DNA of 64,000 bases from a candidate division FCPU426 bacterium (GCA_963796105.1 CAWCKJ010000010.1:96001-160000), one strand, 5' to 3'; positions 20,669 to 29,728 are shown, counted from the first letter of the stretch. Numbers and translations: made by a program. The notes: generated from the letters alone by a model not told the origin.

Positions 20669-20985
20669 TGGGAAAATTATTCTTTCTATTGTTGTTACTC
20701 GTCTTAGGCGGCGTGGGGTATTACCTTTGGACGACCATGGAAGCGGCTCCCCCGGAAGCGACGCTCCCGGGCTACGCCAATGCCCTGAGAAATGACGAGC
20801 ATAGGGCCCAGGTGGCCGCCAGCGGCATGAACACGGAGAACGTCCAGGCCGCGGTTGAAAAATACAAGAACATGAAGGGGTCCCTCCCAGGCTCCCTTCA
20901 AGATCTGGTCCCGGATTATATCGACCACATTCCCGGAGGCCTCCAATACGATTCCGCCACCGGCAAGGTTTCACCCGCCCAATAA
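20668..20985 (+). CDS. Small membrane-anchored protein with pseudopilin(GspG)-like C-terminal motif
   Basis: N-terminal TM; A...Y....G..P.SL..LVP.Y...IP. Confidence 0.6.
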   Translation: MGKLFFLLLLLVLGGVGYYLWTTMEAAPPEATLPGYANALRNDEHRAQVAASGMNTENVQAAVEKYKNMKGSLPGSLQDLVPDYIDHIPGGLQYDSATGKVSPAQ

Positions 20986-21198
20986 TCGGAAATTTAAGAA
21001 TTAGGTTCTTATTTACCCCAGAGACCCAGAGGCTCAGCAAAGATAAATAAAATCCGGAATATCTAATTCAAAAAGCCGCAAAACAACAACCCGACAATTA
21101 CGATTAGTTCCAGCGATCATCAAAAGAACTTAAACAAGAATAACTTAGAAAGAAGATGGTTGGCCTTTTCTACTCCAACCCGGGAAGGATTAAACTAA

Positions 21199-21530
21199 GT
21201 GAATACATTATCAAATGTTTTACAAGCTATATTTTTAACAGGAGGAATTTTTGGGTTTTTTCTTTTTGGGGTTAACAAAAACGCCAAGTTCAAAAAAAAT
21301 ATTTTCCGTGGTGGATGACATTTTGCGCTGTTTTGTTTGTTTCAGCTGGTTTCGTAATGTTTCCAAATACAAAGATTTTTTATATATCGATTCCAATGGT
21401 TGGGCTTATTGGATTTCTTAATATTAAAATGACAAAATTTTGCGGTAAATGCGGGAGAACGATTATTAACCAAATGTTTTTCATGAGGAGTTATAAAATT
21501 TGCCCCTACTGCGGAGCAAAATTAAAGTAA
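21199..21530 (+). pseudogene. Small membrane protein with C-terminal zinc ribbon, frameshifted at an A8 tract
   Basis: GTG 21199 frame joins ORF 21315-21530 (CGKC...CPYC) if A8 at 21292-21299 is A9. Confidence 0.6.
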
Positions 21531-21850
21531 TTTTGATTCAGCTTTAATTAGCGCAATATCACGATATTAACGGTTCTCAAATCATTGAATCCGGGGACAG
21601 TTTTATATTGTGACTAAAACTGTTGGTTTTTAAATCCCATGTATCCCATGCATCTGTGGCTAGAGACTATATTAGTTAGGTGTGTTTTGATTTGAAGCGG
21701 CATGAGTCTGTGGCGAAATTGTGAATATTATTAGAAGTTCTTAATGGTTTTTCTTGCTTGGGAGGGGACGCCCTGTTCCCTATCCGTAGAGTTTTCGGCT
21801 ATAATTCCCACCTTTAACGGTCACCTATTAATTTAAGTAGTTAGTTTAGA

Positions 21851-21993
21851 TGTCATTGCGAGCTGCGAAATATGCAGCGAAGCAACCCCAGTTTATGGGT
21901 GGTTTTGCCGGGAAAATCTTCTGGTATTACTTAAACTTTGGTTGCTTCGTCATAAACGCCCGCCTATTCGGTGAGCAGTTCCTCGCAATGACA
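21851..21993. repeat. Intergenic palindromic element, family 1, copy 2
   Basis: Same termini and inner blocks (GTTTATGGGTGGTTT, AACGCCCGCCTATTCGG) as 19307-19460. Confidence 0.85.
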
Positions 21994-22040
21994 GCTAAAA
22001 CAAAAACCGAGATGATACATTAATCATTTACGAGGTTCCC

Positions 22041-24713
22041 ATGGGCGCGCCCATTACTGGAAATGAGATTCGACAAGCCTACCTGGACTTCTTCAAGTCC
22101 AAGAGGCATAAGATCGTCACCTCATCTTCCCTGGTGCCTGAAAACGACCCGACCCTGCTTTTGGCCAACGCGGGAATGAACCAATTCAAGCCCTATTTCC
22201 TGGGGATCGTGCCTTTTCCCCACGAGGTCCCTTACGCCGCCTCCTGCCAGAAATGTTTCAGGACCGCCGACCTGGAGCGGGTCGGTTATACCGCCCGCCA
22301 CCACACCTTCTTCGAGATGCTGGGCAATTTCTCCTTCGGGGGCTATTTCAAGAAGGAAGCCATCGAGTGGGGCTGGGAATTCGTGACGAAGGTCCTGCAA
22401 ATCGAGAAGTCCCTCCTGTGGGTCTCGGTCTATGAGAAGGATGACGAGGCCATTGAGTTGTGGAAGAAGATAGCGGGGCTTCCCCCGGAGCGGATCATCC
22501 GCATGGGAGAAGCCGACAATTTCTGGACGATGGGCCCCACCGGCCCCTGCGGTCCCTGTTCTGAAATCTACGTGGACCTGAGCCCGGAAAAGGGCCCGAC
22601 GAAGGATTTCGCGGCTGATGCCGAGTCGGGCCGGTACCTTGAAATCTGGAACCTGGTCTTCACCCAATTCGACCGGCAGGCGGACGGAACCCTTAAACCC
22701 CTTCCCAAACCCAACATCGACACAGGCATGGGCCTTGAACGTGTGGCAAGCATCATGCAAAAGGTACCGTCCAACTACGAGACGGACCTGCTTTCCCCCC
22801 TGGTTTCCGCCATCGCCCAGGCCGGCAAGCTTCAAAATGTGGACCCGAAGTCGCAGACCTACACTTCGCTGAAGGTCATCAGCGACCATCTGAGGGCCAC
22901 GGCGTTCCTTATCGCCGACGGGGTCCTTCCCTCCAACGAGGGCAGGGGCTACGTGCTCCGCCGGATCTTGCGCCGGGCGGTGAGGCACGGGAAGCTTTTG
23001 GGCTTCGACAAGCCGTTCCTTTCCCCCCTGACGCTGGAAGTCGCCAAACTCATGGGGGGTGTCTATCCGGAAGTGAGGGACCGCAAGGACCATATCGTCA
23101 ATGTGGTCAAGGCCGAGGAGGAAAGGTTCTACGAGACCCTGGCCTCCGGGACCGAGCGGTTGATGGAAAAGATCGAGAACCTCCTGAAAACGAAAGCCAC
23201 CACCCTTTCGGGGGAAGAAGCCTTCATGCTTTATGACACCTACGGCTTCCCCTTGGATATCACCAAGGAAATCCTCAAGGAAAAGGGCCTTCATGTGGAC
23301 GAGGCGGGGTTCCAGAAGTCCATGGAAGGCCAGAAGGAAAAGGCCCGCTCCGGCTGGAAGGGAAGCGGCGATTCGGCCCTTCCGCCCCTTTACAAGGAAC
23401 TGGGGGCCAAAATACAGGCCACGATTTTCAAGGGCTACGAGAAGACCAAGGACCTGTGCCAAATCGCCCAATTGGTGCGGGTGAAGGACAAGAAACATGA
23501 GGCGGTCGAAAGGCTGGAGGAAGGCGAATACGGTTTCGTGATCCTGAACCAGACACCCTTCTACGCCGAAAAAGGCGGGCAGGTGGGGGACAAGGGCGTC
23601 CTACAGGGTTTCAATTCCGCCGAGGTGTCCTGGGCGGATGTCTTGGACACGCAAATGGTCACGGATGTCCTGGTGGGGCACTGGTGCTTCATGAAGAGGG
23701 GCAAGCTGGTCACGGGGCAGAAAGTGGAGGCGACAGTCGAGGAAAGCGAGCGGCGGTCCACCATGAGAAACCATACAGGGACCCATCTTTTACACGCGGC
23801 CTTGAGGCAGGTTCTGGGCACCCATGTGGGCCAAGCTGGAAGCTACGTGGGGCCGGACCGCCTGCGTTTCGACTTCACCCATTTCGAGGGCGTCAAACCA
23901 GAACAGCTCAAAAAGATCGAGACCATCGTCAACCAACGTATCCTGGATAATATCGAGGTCACCAAACAGGAAATGTCCTTCAACGAGGCCAAGAAAAAAG
24001 GCGCAATGGCTTTCTTCAGCGAAAAATACGGCGAGCGGGTGAGAGTCATTGATGTTCCGGGATTCTCCATTGAGCTGTGCGGCGGTACCCACGTGAACCG
24101 GACGGGTGACATTGGTTTGTTCAAGATCACCAGCGAGGCCTCGGTGGCCTCCGGCGTAAGGCGTATCGAAGCAGTGACAGGGGAAGGGTCCCTAGCGTTG
24201 GTAGGACAGGAGGAAGAAGTCCTCAAGGAACTCAGCCAGATCCTCAAGAGCTCAGATTCCGAGTTGAAGCCGAAACTTTTATCCCTCTTGGATGATATGA
24301 AATCCAAAGATAGGGAACTGGCGTCGCTGAAGTCCAAGCTGGCCGGAAGCCTGATCGAGACGGTTTTGGAAAGCCGGAAGGACGTGAAGGGCGTCGCCTT
24401 GCTGGTGGCCCGCACCGACGAGTTGGACCCGGAGGGCATGCGCCAGCTGATTGACAACCTCAAGGCCAAGCTGGGAAGCGGGGTCATTGTCCTAGGCAGT
24501 GGAAAACCCGCCCAAATCGCCTTTATAGCGGGGGTCACCAAGGATTTGACCGGGAAGGTCAAGGCCGGGGAAATCGTCAAGGAAGTGGCTAAAATCACGG
24601 GCGGAGGGGGCGGCGGAAGGCCGGACCTGGCCCAGGCGGGTGGCAAGGATGCCTCCAAGGTGGATGAGGCCCTCAAGTCTGTCCCGGCTATCCTGGAAAA
24701 GATGCTGTCTTGA
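22041..24713 (+). CDS. alaS: Alanyl-tRNA synthetase
   Basis: ANAGMNQFK, HHTFFEMLGNFSFG, IDTGMGLER, editing H...H and CGGTH, GGGGGRPD.AQ.GG. Confidence 0.99.
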   Translation: MGAPITGNEIRQAYLDFFKSKRHKIVTSSSLVPENDPTLLLANAGMNQFKPYFLGIVPFPHEVPYAASCQKCFRTADLERVGYTARHHTFFEMLGNFSFGGYFKKEAIEWGWEFVTKVLQIEKSLLWVSVYEKDDEAIELWKKIAGLPPERIIRMGEADNFWTMGPTGPCGPCSEIYVDLSPEKGPTKDFAADAESGRYLEIWNLVFTQFDRQADGTLKPLPKPNIDTGMGLERVASIMQKVPSNYETDLLSPLVSAIAQAGKLQNVDPKSQTYTSLKVISDHLRATAFLIADGVLPSNEGRGYVLRRILRRAVRHGKLLGFDKPFLSPLTLEVAKLMGGVYPEVRDRKDHIVNVVKAEEERFYETLASGTERLMEKIENLLKTKATTLSGEEAFMLYDTYGFPLDITKEILKEKGLHVDEAGFQKSMEGQKEKARSGWKGSGDSALPPLYKELGAKIQATIFKGYEKTKDLCQIAQLVRVKDKKHEAVERLEEGEYGFVILNQTPFYAEKGGQVGDKGVLQGFNSAEVSWADVLDTQMVTDVLVGHWCFMKRGKLVTGQKVEATVEESERRSTMRNHTGTHLLHAALRQVLGTHVGQAGSYVGPDRLRFDFTHFEGVKPEQLKKIETIVNQRILDNIEVTKQEMSFNEAKKKGAMAFFSEKYGERVRVIDVPGFSIELCGGTHVNRTGDIGLFKITSEASVASGVRRIEAVTGEGSLALVGQEEEVLKELSQILKSSDSELKPKLLSLLDDMKSKDRELASLKSKLAGSLIETVLESRKDVKGVALLVARTDELDPEGMRQLIDNLKAKLGSGVIVLGSGKPAQIAFIAGVTKDLTGKVKAGEIVKEVAKITGGGGGGRPDLAQAGGKDASKVDEALKSVPAILEKMLS

Positions 24714-25144
24714 AAAGATGGCTGGCTCTCGACATGGGCCATGTTCGTATCGGCATGGCCTTATCCGATCCCTTGGGAATCACGGCCCAGCCCCTGGGCG
24801 TCATGAAATCAGCGGGAACCCAGAAAGACCTCATGGCCATCGGCCATTTGATTAATAAGCGCGAGGTCACCCAAGTCATCGTCGGCCTGCCCCTCAACAT
24901 GGACGGCACCGACAGCACGACCACCCAATGGGTCAGGAAATTCACCAAAAAACTCAAATGGCGCCTGAACATTCCGGTTTATTTCCTGGATGAGCGCCTC
25001 ACCAGCAAACAGGCCGAGCGGGCCATGATTGAGGGGAATGTCAGCAGGGGGGACCGCAGGGGCAAGGTGGACAAGGTCGCCGCGGCCCTGTTGCTCCAAT
25101 CCGCCCTGGAGGGCGCGCCCTTGGTGTCGGTTGATAAGGATTAG
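24710..25144 (+). CDS. ruvX: RuvX/YqgF pre-16S rRNA nuclease
   Basis: LALD.G..RIG.A.SD, VGLP.NMDG, DERLTS, VD..AA..LLQ. Confidence 0.95.
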   Translation: MKRWLALDMGHVRIGMALSDPLGITAQPLGVMKSAGTQKDLMAIGHLINKREVTQVIVGLPLNMDGTDSTTTQWVRKFTKKLKWRLNIPVYFLDERLTSKQAERAMIEGNVSRGDRRGKVDKVAAALLLQSALEGAPLVSVDKD

Positions 25145-25295
25145 CACAAACCATTGATTTAGACTTTTTCCCTCCAAAGGGCCTTTTTTGTAGTTGCCTA
25201 ATAAATCCAATAATTAAAAAACTCCTTAACCGATATCCGCCTTTACCCAGTCCGGATTCGGCCTTAATTTCCAGATTCCTCGCTTGGGATATCCC

Positions 25296-25342
25296 GCCCT
25301 GAGCCTGCCGAAGGGCCGGGAACCCCTCGACAAGCTCGGGGC
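25296..25342. repeat. REP-like inverted pair (CCTGAGC.TG.CGAAGG type)
   Basis: GCCCTGAGCCTGCCGAAGGG vs reverse complement of CCCCTCGACAAGCTCGGGGC, 16/20 match. Confidence 0.6.
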
Positions 25343-25347
25343 AGGCT

Positions 25348-25465
25348 AGGAACCCGGGAATTAGCCGGGAACTACGGGAACTCGGGAACTAGCCCAGAAC
25401 CCTGGAACTATCCGGAACCCCGGAACTGGTCCAGAACCCCGGAACTACCCAGAACCCCGGAACTA
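25348..25465. repeat. Tandem array I (~9-nt GGAAC/AGAAC subunits, ~18-19-nt dimer)
   Basis: Repeated CCAGAACCCCGGAACTA-like units. Confidence 0.85.
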
Positions 25466-25475
25466 GGGCTTTCAG

Positions 25476-26065
25476 CTATCGGCATTTGGATTTCGACTAC
25501 CGGTACGACGGGGATGACCTACCGGCATGAGGGTTTTAGCTACCGGCATGGCCGGGGTCGGCTACCGGCATTTGGATTTCGACTACCGGCACGGCGGGGG
25601 TGGCCTACCGGCATGGGGATTTCAGCTACCGGCATTTGGATTTCGACTACCGGCATGGCGGGGGTGGCCTAACGGCATGGGGATTTCGACTACCGGCATG
25701 GCGGGGGTGGCCTAACGGCATGGGGATTTCGACTACCGGCATGGCGGGGGTGGCCTACCGGCATGGGGATTTCAGCTACCGGCATGGCGGGGATCGCCTA
25801 CCGGCATGAGGGTTTCAGCTACCGGCATGGCGGGGGTGGCCTAACGGCATGGGGATTTCGACTACCGGCATGGCGGGGGTGGCCTACCGGCATGGGGATT
25901 TCAGCTACCGGCATGGCGGGAATCGCCTACCGGCATGAGGGTTTCAGCTACCGGCATGGCGGGGGTCGCCTACCGGCATTTGGATTTCAGCTACCGGCTT
26001 GGCGGGGATGACCTACCGGCATGAGGGTTTTAGCTACCGGCATGGCCGGGATCGCCTACCGGCAT
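25476..26065. repeat. Tandem array II, 28 units of 21/22 nt with core CTACCGGCAT
   Basis: Hand-counted cores from 25476 to 26056, almost strictly alternating 21- and 22-nt units. Confidence 0.95.
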
Positions 26066-26133
26066 GGCAGGCATGAGCCGGTGGTCCTGTGGGCATGGGT
26101 CGGCCTGCCCATGGGTGCATATTCCAATAGTCG

Positions 26134-26602
26134 GGTCGGGTTTCCGTCGTCCGGTGACGGGTTTTCCGTCGTCCGGGGTCCGGTTCCCGCCATCCGGTGC
26201 GGAGTTCCCGCCATCCGGGATCGGGATTTCCGTCGTCCGGGGTCGGGTTTCCGTCGTCCGGTGCCGGGTTTCCGTTGGTCGGAGGCGGGATTACCGTTGG
26301 TCGGTGCCGGGTTTTCCGTTGGCCGGGATCGAAATTACCGTTGGCTGGTGGCGGGATTTTCGTTGGCCGGTGCCGGGATTTTCGTTGGCCGGTGCCGGGA
26401 TTTCCGTTGGTCGGTGGTGGGGTTTCCGTTGGTCGGTGGTGGGGTTTCCGTTGGCCGGTGCCGGGAATTCCGTCGTCCGGGGTCGAGTTTTCCGCCATCC
26501 GGTGGCCCTGTAGGCATGAGTCACTGGCCCAGTCGGAATGGTTTGGATTTTCGTTGGTCGGATTGTGGTTTTCGCCGGTCGGTGCTGGGGTTTCTGCCGG
26601 GC
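26134..26602. repeat. Tandem array III, ~17 contiguous plus ~3 degenerate 21/22-nt units
   Basis: Consensus GGG(A/T)TTTCCGTTGGTCGGTGCC. Confidence 0.92.
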
Positions 26603-26722
26603 GAATGTGCGGGGCAGAATAATAGAAATAACATACCGACCAATTACTCAGGCTGGACAGATTGCTGTAACTAATATAGAACTTTAAAAGTTCAATCTTT
26701 TAACCAAAGTTAGGGGAGTCTC

Positions 26723-27271
26723 TTGAATAAGCTTTTTACGATACTTTTGATTACGTCATTAGGGATTTATCTATTGGCACAGCCGGTTTGGGCGAAAAAG
26801 GCCAAGGCAAAGCCGACCCCCGTTCCCGCCGAGATTGAGACCCATTGGGATGCTTGGTGGGGGATGCAATACCTTCAAAATGGGAAACAGCTTACCGGGC
26901 AGGAATTGAGAAACCTGATTGACTCAACCAACGATCCGAAATTAAGCGCGCTCCTCAGTCAATCCGGAACGGATGAGACTCTTGGAGGTGTCGGCTTGGG
27001 GGCGGTTATCGGCTTGAACATTGCCTGCATATTCCTTCCCAATACAAACGTTCATGTGGCGGGATTAAATATCGGTTTGCCCAATCTGCCCGTGGAGATC
27101 CCAGCCGTGGTCCTGGGGTTTGCCTCGTCCTATTTCGCGGGCGCGGCGGGTGCCGAGAAATATAACGCCGTCCAGGGCTATAACCGCAAGGTGAAAGAGC
27201 CTGGTCCCCTTACCTGGGATTTATCCCCTCGCTCCAATGGCCTGGTTTTGGATTTGAAATACGCCTTATAA
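26723..27271 (+). CDS. Hypothetical exported/membrane protein
   Basis: RBS GGGGAG, signal peptide ending VWA, PTPVP linker, two hydrophobic segments. Confidence 0.7.
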   Translation: MNKLFTILLITSLGIYLLAQPVWAKKAKAKPTPVPAEIETHWDAWWGMQYLQNGKQLTGQELRNLIDSTNDPKLSALLSQSGTDETLGGVGLGAVIGLNIACIFLPNTNVHVAGLNIGLPNLPVEIPAVVLGFASSYFAGAAGAEKYNAVQGYNRKVKEPGPLTWDLSPRSNGLVLDLKYAL

Positions 27272-27470
27272 GAAATCACGCCTAAAAAAAGATTTCACCA
27301 CAGGCTGTCTTCGACAGCGCACAGAGATTACATTCATGTTTTCTATGAATATTTTGCCCAACTCCCATCAAAGGTGAGTTTCTGGTGAGACCGTCAAACC
27401 ATTTTGCAAATCGTTATATTGGGCTCTGAATTAAGATTAACTTTGAATATTCAATTTTGAAAAAAGATTT

Positions 27471-28214
27471 CTAATATTGCTTTCTTTCAAAGAAAAGTAA
27501 CCAACTATCTTCCCAATAAACGAGCTCGTTATTATCAATAATCTCCACTGCCCCATGTAGGCCATCTTTATCTAGGACCTGTAAAAACAATATTTCTTCT
27601 CTTTCTGGGTGATAGCCATACTCATAACTATCCAAATAAGGCCCTTCAAATTGATCATTTCGTTTCGCTGTGGTTTCAGCGTGGATGATGTATCTTGGAT
27701 TTTTAATATTATCACCCATATATTCGCATTCCTTCTCTTTGAAATCGAAACCTAGTAAATCATCATTTTTTTGAAAATTTTTGCTCCTCAAGAAGGAGTG
27801 CTTAACATTTTTAATTCTCTTTAATGTCCATTTGCCAAAAAAATCATCCGGTTTATATGTTTTGTGGGCAAGATATATTTTTGGTGCATTAGAAGAAACA
27901 TCGCCATTTTTTTTGTTATAAACCCAACCACCCGTACCATCATAAACATCGACAACCTTTCGACTCCCTGTAAACCCATCCATTGGTATGGAATCTAAAT
28001 ATTTTGGAACTAGAATTTCCAAAGTGGGTGGCCATCCATTTGGGTTATTCCAGTAATAATTTGTTGCCGCTTCCATGGCCCGAAAAGTAAAACTTTTTGA
28101 TTTTGAATTAGGGAACAATTTGTGTTTTTGATAATTTCTGTTAACCAAATGGGCAACACCTAATAATCCAATAAAGGCTATGATAATTACCCATATGAAT
28201 CTCTTAATATTCAT
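27471..28214 (-). CDS. Hypothetical protein with N-terminal TM and GspG-like motif
   Basis: WPPTLEILVPKYLDSIP...GGWVYN; AT-rich. Confidence 0.65.
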   Translation of the reverse strand: MNIKRFIWVIIIAFIGLLGVAHLVNRNYQKHKLFPNSKSKSFTFRAMEAATNYYWNNPNGWPPTLEILVPKYLDSIPMDGFTGSRKVVDVYDGTGGWVYNKKNGDVSSNAPKIYLAHKTYKPDDFFGKWTLKRIKNVKHSFLRSKNFQKNDDLLGFDFKEKECEYMGDNIKNPRYIIHAETTAKRNDQFEGPYLDSYEYGYHPEREEILFLQVLDKDGLHGAVEIIDNNELVYWEDSWLLFFERKQY

Positions 28215-28285
28215 TTCAGGTACCCCGGGTTGGACATCGATTGGTTTGACTCATCCGCCTAACGGATGTGAGGAGAAGAACCTAC

Positions 28286-28996
28286 TTAATGTTTTTTGGG
28301 GCTTATGGATTTTTCATGAAGCAGGATGGTCCGCATTTCCTCTTGGGTTAAAAAGGGGGAACTGTTCACGGCTTTATCGACAGAGGCTTTCAAGACAAGA
28401 CCTTGGGCGGTAATTAACGTTCCTAAATGGAATATAAGCATCGTCAGTAAAATCCCTAAAACCATTCCCAGGGCGCCCAAATAACCATAGTCCATGATCG
28501 CGATGACGCCGATGAACAAAATAAGCCCGCCGATGAAATAGATGGAACCCTTGAGGGCTTTACCCAGGGAGATGGTTTTATGGGCGGTGTTATAGGCGTC
28601 CTTATACCGGATCATGATCAATTCATTCGCTTTTGGAGGGGCTTCCTGCTCCGCGAATTCCAAGTGAGGCTTCACTTCAGGTTGAGAAACGGGCGGCGGT
28701 TTGAGGCTTGTCAACTCGCGATGGGTCTTAGGCGCCTTCTCGGTTTTCAAGTCATCCTGTTTCACTAATTTCAGGAATTCTTTTGTTTCAGCCGGCGGAG
28801 CGGGCGGAGGAACAGCAGGTTTTGGTTCGGGTTTGGGGATTGATTCCTTCCCGCTTTCCACGGGTTTCTGTTCCGCTAATACCTTGTCGCTTTTTGCTTC
28901 GGGTTTTGGCGGGGTTTCGAAACGCTCTGTGGCGCATTTCCAGCAGTAAGTTAAGAATTCCTCTATATCCTCACTGCAATTCTTGCATTGCCACAT
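28286..28996 (-). CDS. Zinc-ribbon membrane protein
   Basis: W.CKNC.........CWKC at N-terminus, Pro/Glu/Lys-rich linker, two C-terminal TMs. Confidence 0.75.
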   Translation of the reverse strand: MWQCKNCSEDIEEFLTYCWKCATERFETPPKPEAKSDKVLAEQKPVESGKESIPKPEPKPAVPPPAPPAETKEFLKLVKQDDLKTEKAPKTHRELTSLKPPPVSQPEVKPHLEFAEQEAPPKANELIMIRYKDAYNTAHKTISLGKALKGSIYFIGGLILFIGVIAIMDYGYLGALGMVLGILLTMLIFHLGTLITAQGLVLKASVDKAVNSSPFLTQEEMRTILLHEKSISPKKH

Positions 28997-29202
28997 GGCA
29001 TTTCCTTTCTAGGGAAAAAACACGTTCGGTAGTTCTCGGGTAAGGAAATCTAACAGGTATTTTAAACCTTCCCGGCCCTTCATGGCTGATAATTTGCGAA
29101 GTTATTCCCCCTTACAGCCATCCAAATTAAACAAAATCCAGTAAGATGAATAAAAACAGGTAATTATAATTCTAAAAGTCATTAAGCAAAACCAAAGCCT
29201 TT

Positions 29203-29298
29203 GCCACGTGCCAGCCTGCCATATGGCATTTGAAAGAGGCTGGTACCGTACCGATCTCAATATATTTTTATGGATGGATCGGCACGGATTCAGGGGAT
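29203..29298. repeat. Palindromic element family 2, copy A (96-bp direct repeat of 31429-31523)
   Basis: 5 substitutions and 1 indel relative to copy B. Confidence 0.9.
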
Positions 29299-29400
29299 AA
29301 GGGGCGTAGCCAATAGCCTTAGATAAATAAGGGATAACATGAAAATTCTTATAATCGACGGAACCGGGTTCCTTTAATTTATGGTTACAAAGGTCGAAAT

Positions 29401-29429
29401 TTGACAACTATATCGGCTACCGATATAAT
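29401..29429 (+). promoter_or_regulatory. Consensus sigma70 promoter of higBA with overlapping operator palindrome
   Basis: TTGACA-N17-TATAAT; TATATCGG-CTA-CCGATATA at 29409-29427. Confidence 0.85.
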
Positions 29430-29437
29430 CACCTCTG

Positions 29438-29728
29438 ATGATTCAATCCTTCGCGGATAAAATAACGCGTGATATTTTTGATGGCATCAACTCCAAGGCG
29501 TCCCGATGCTTGCCTATAGAATTGCACTCAAAAGCCAGACGTTTAATGGACTTCATCAACGCCACTGGGAATATCAATGATCTACGTGTGCCGCCTGGGA
29601 ATCACCTGGAGGCTTTAAAGGGTGATTGGCGGGGGTTTTATAGTATCCGGATTAACGACCAATGGCGCGTCGCATTCCGGTGGGTTGAAAACGAAGCTGA
29701 AGAAGTTCAAATTGTGGATTACCATTAA
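29438..29728 (+). CDS. higB: HigB (RelE-like) toxin
   Basis: MIQSFAD, DLRVPPGN.LE.LKGD..G.YSIRINDQWR..F.W, IVDYH. Confidence 0.93.
   Translation: MIQSFADKITRDIFDGINSKASRCLPIELHSKARRLMDFINATGNINDLRVPPGNHLEALKGDWRGFYSIRINDQWRVAFRWVENEAEEVQIVDYH

Noticed and set aside
21720..22040. T-box riboswitch upstream of alaS
   Set aside because: No T-box consensus followed by a terminator; the structure is the family-1 palindrome
15048..24742. Long minus-strand ORFs opposite ftsH, pdxJ and alaS (also opposite SBP and msbA)
   Set aside because: Antisense shadows of high-GC3 genes with no motifs
25476..26602. CRISPR or guide-RNA (TIGR-like) array
   Set aside because: Linkers are 11-12 nt and fall into two recurring classes rather than unique spacers; no cas or effector gene nearby
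25527..26674. Repeat-protein ORFs over the arrays (YRHG..., PTNGNP...)
   Set aside because: The 21/22-nt period rotates the peptide repeat through all frames on both strands; no convincing RBS or start
29102..29407. Small minus-strand ORFs sharing LNPCRS (also 31483-31689)
   Set aside because: The similarity comes from the non-coding family-2 repeat
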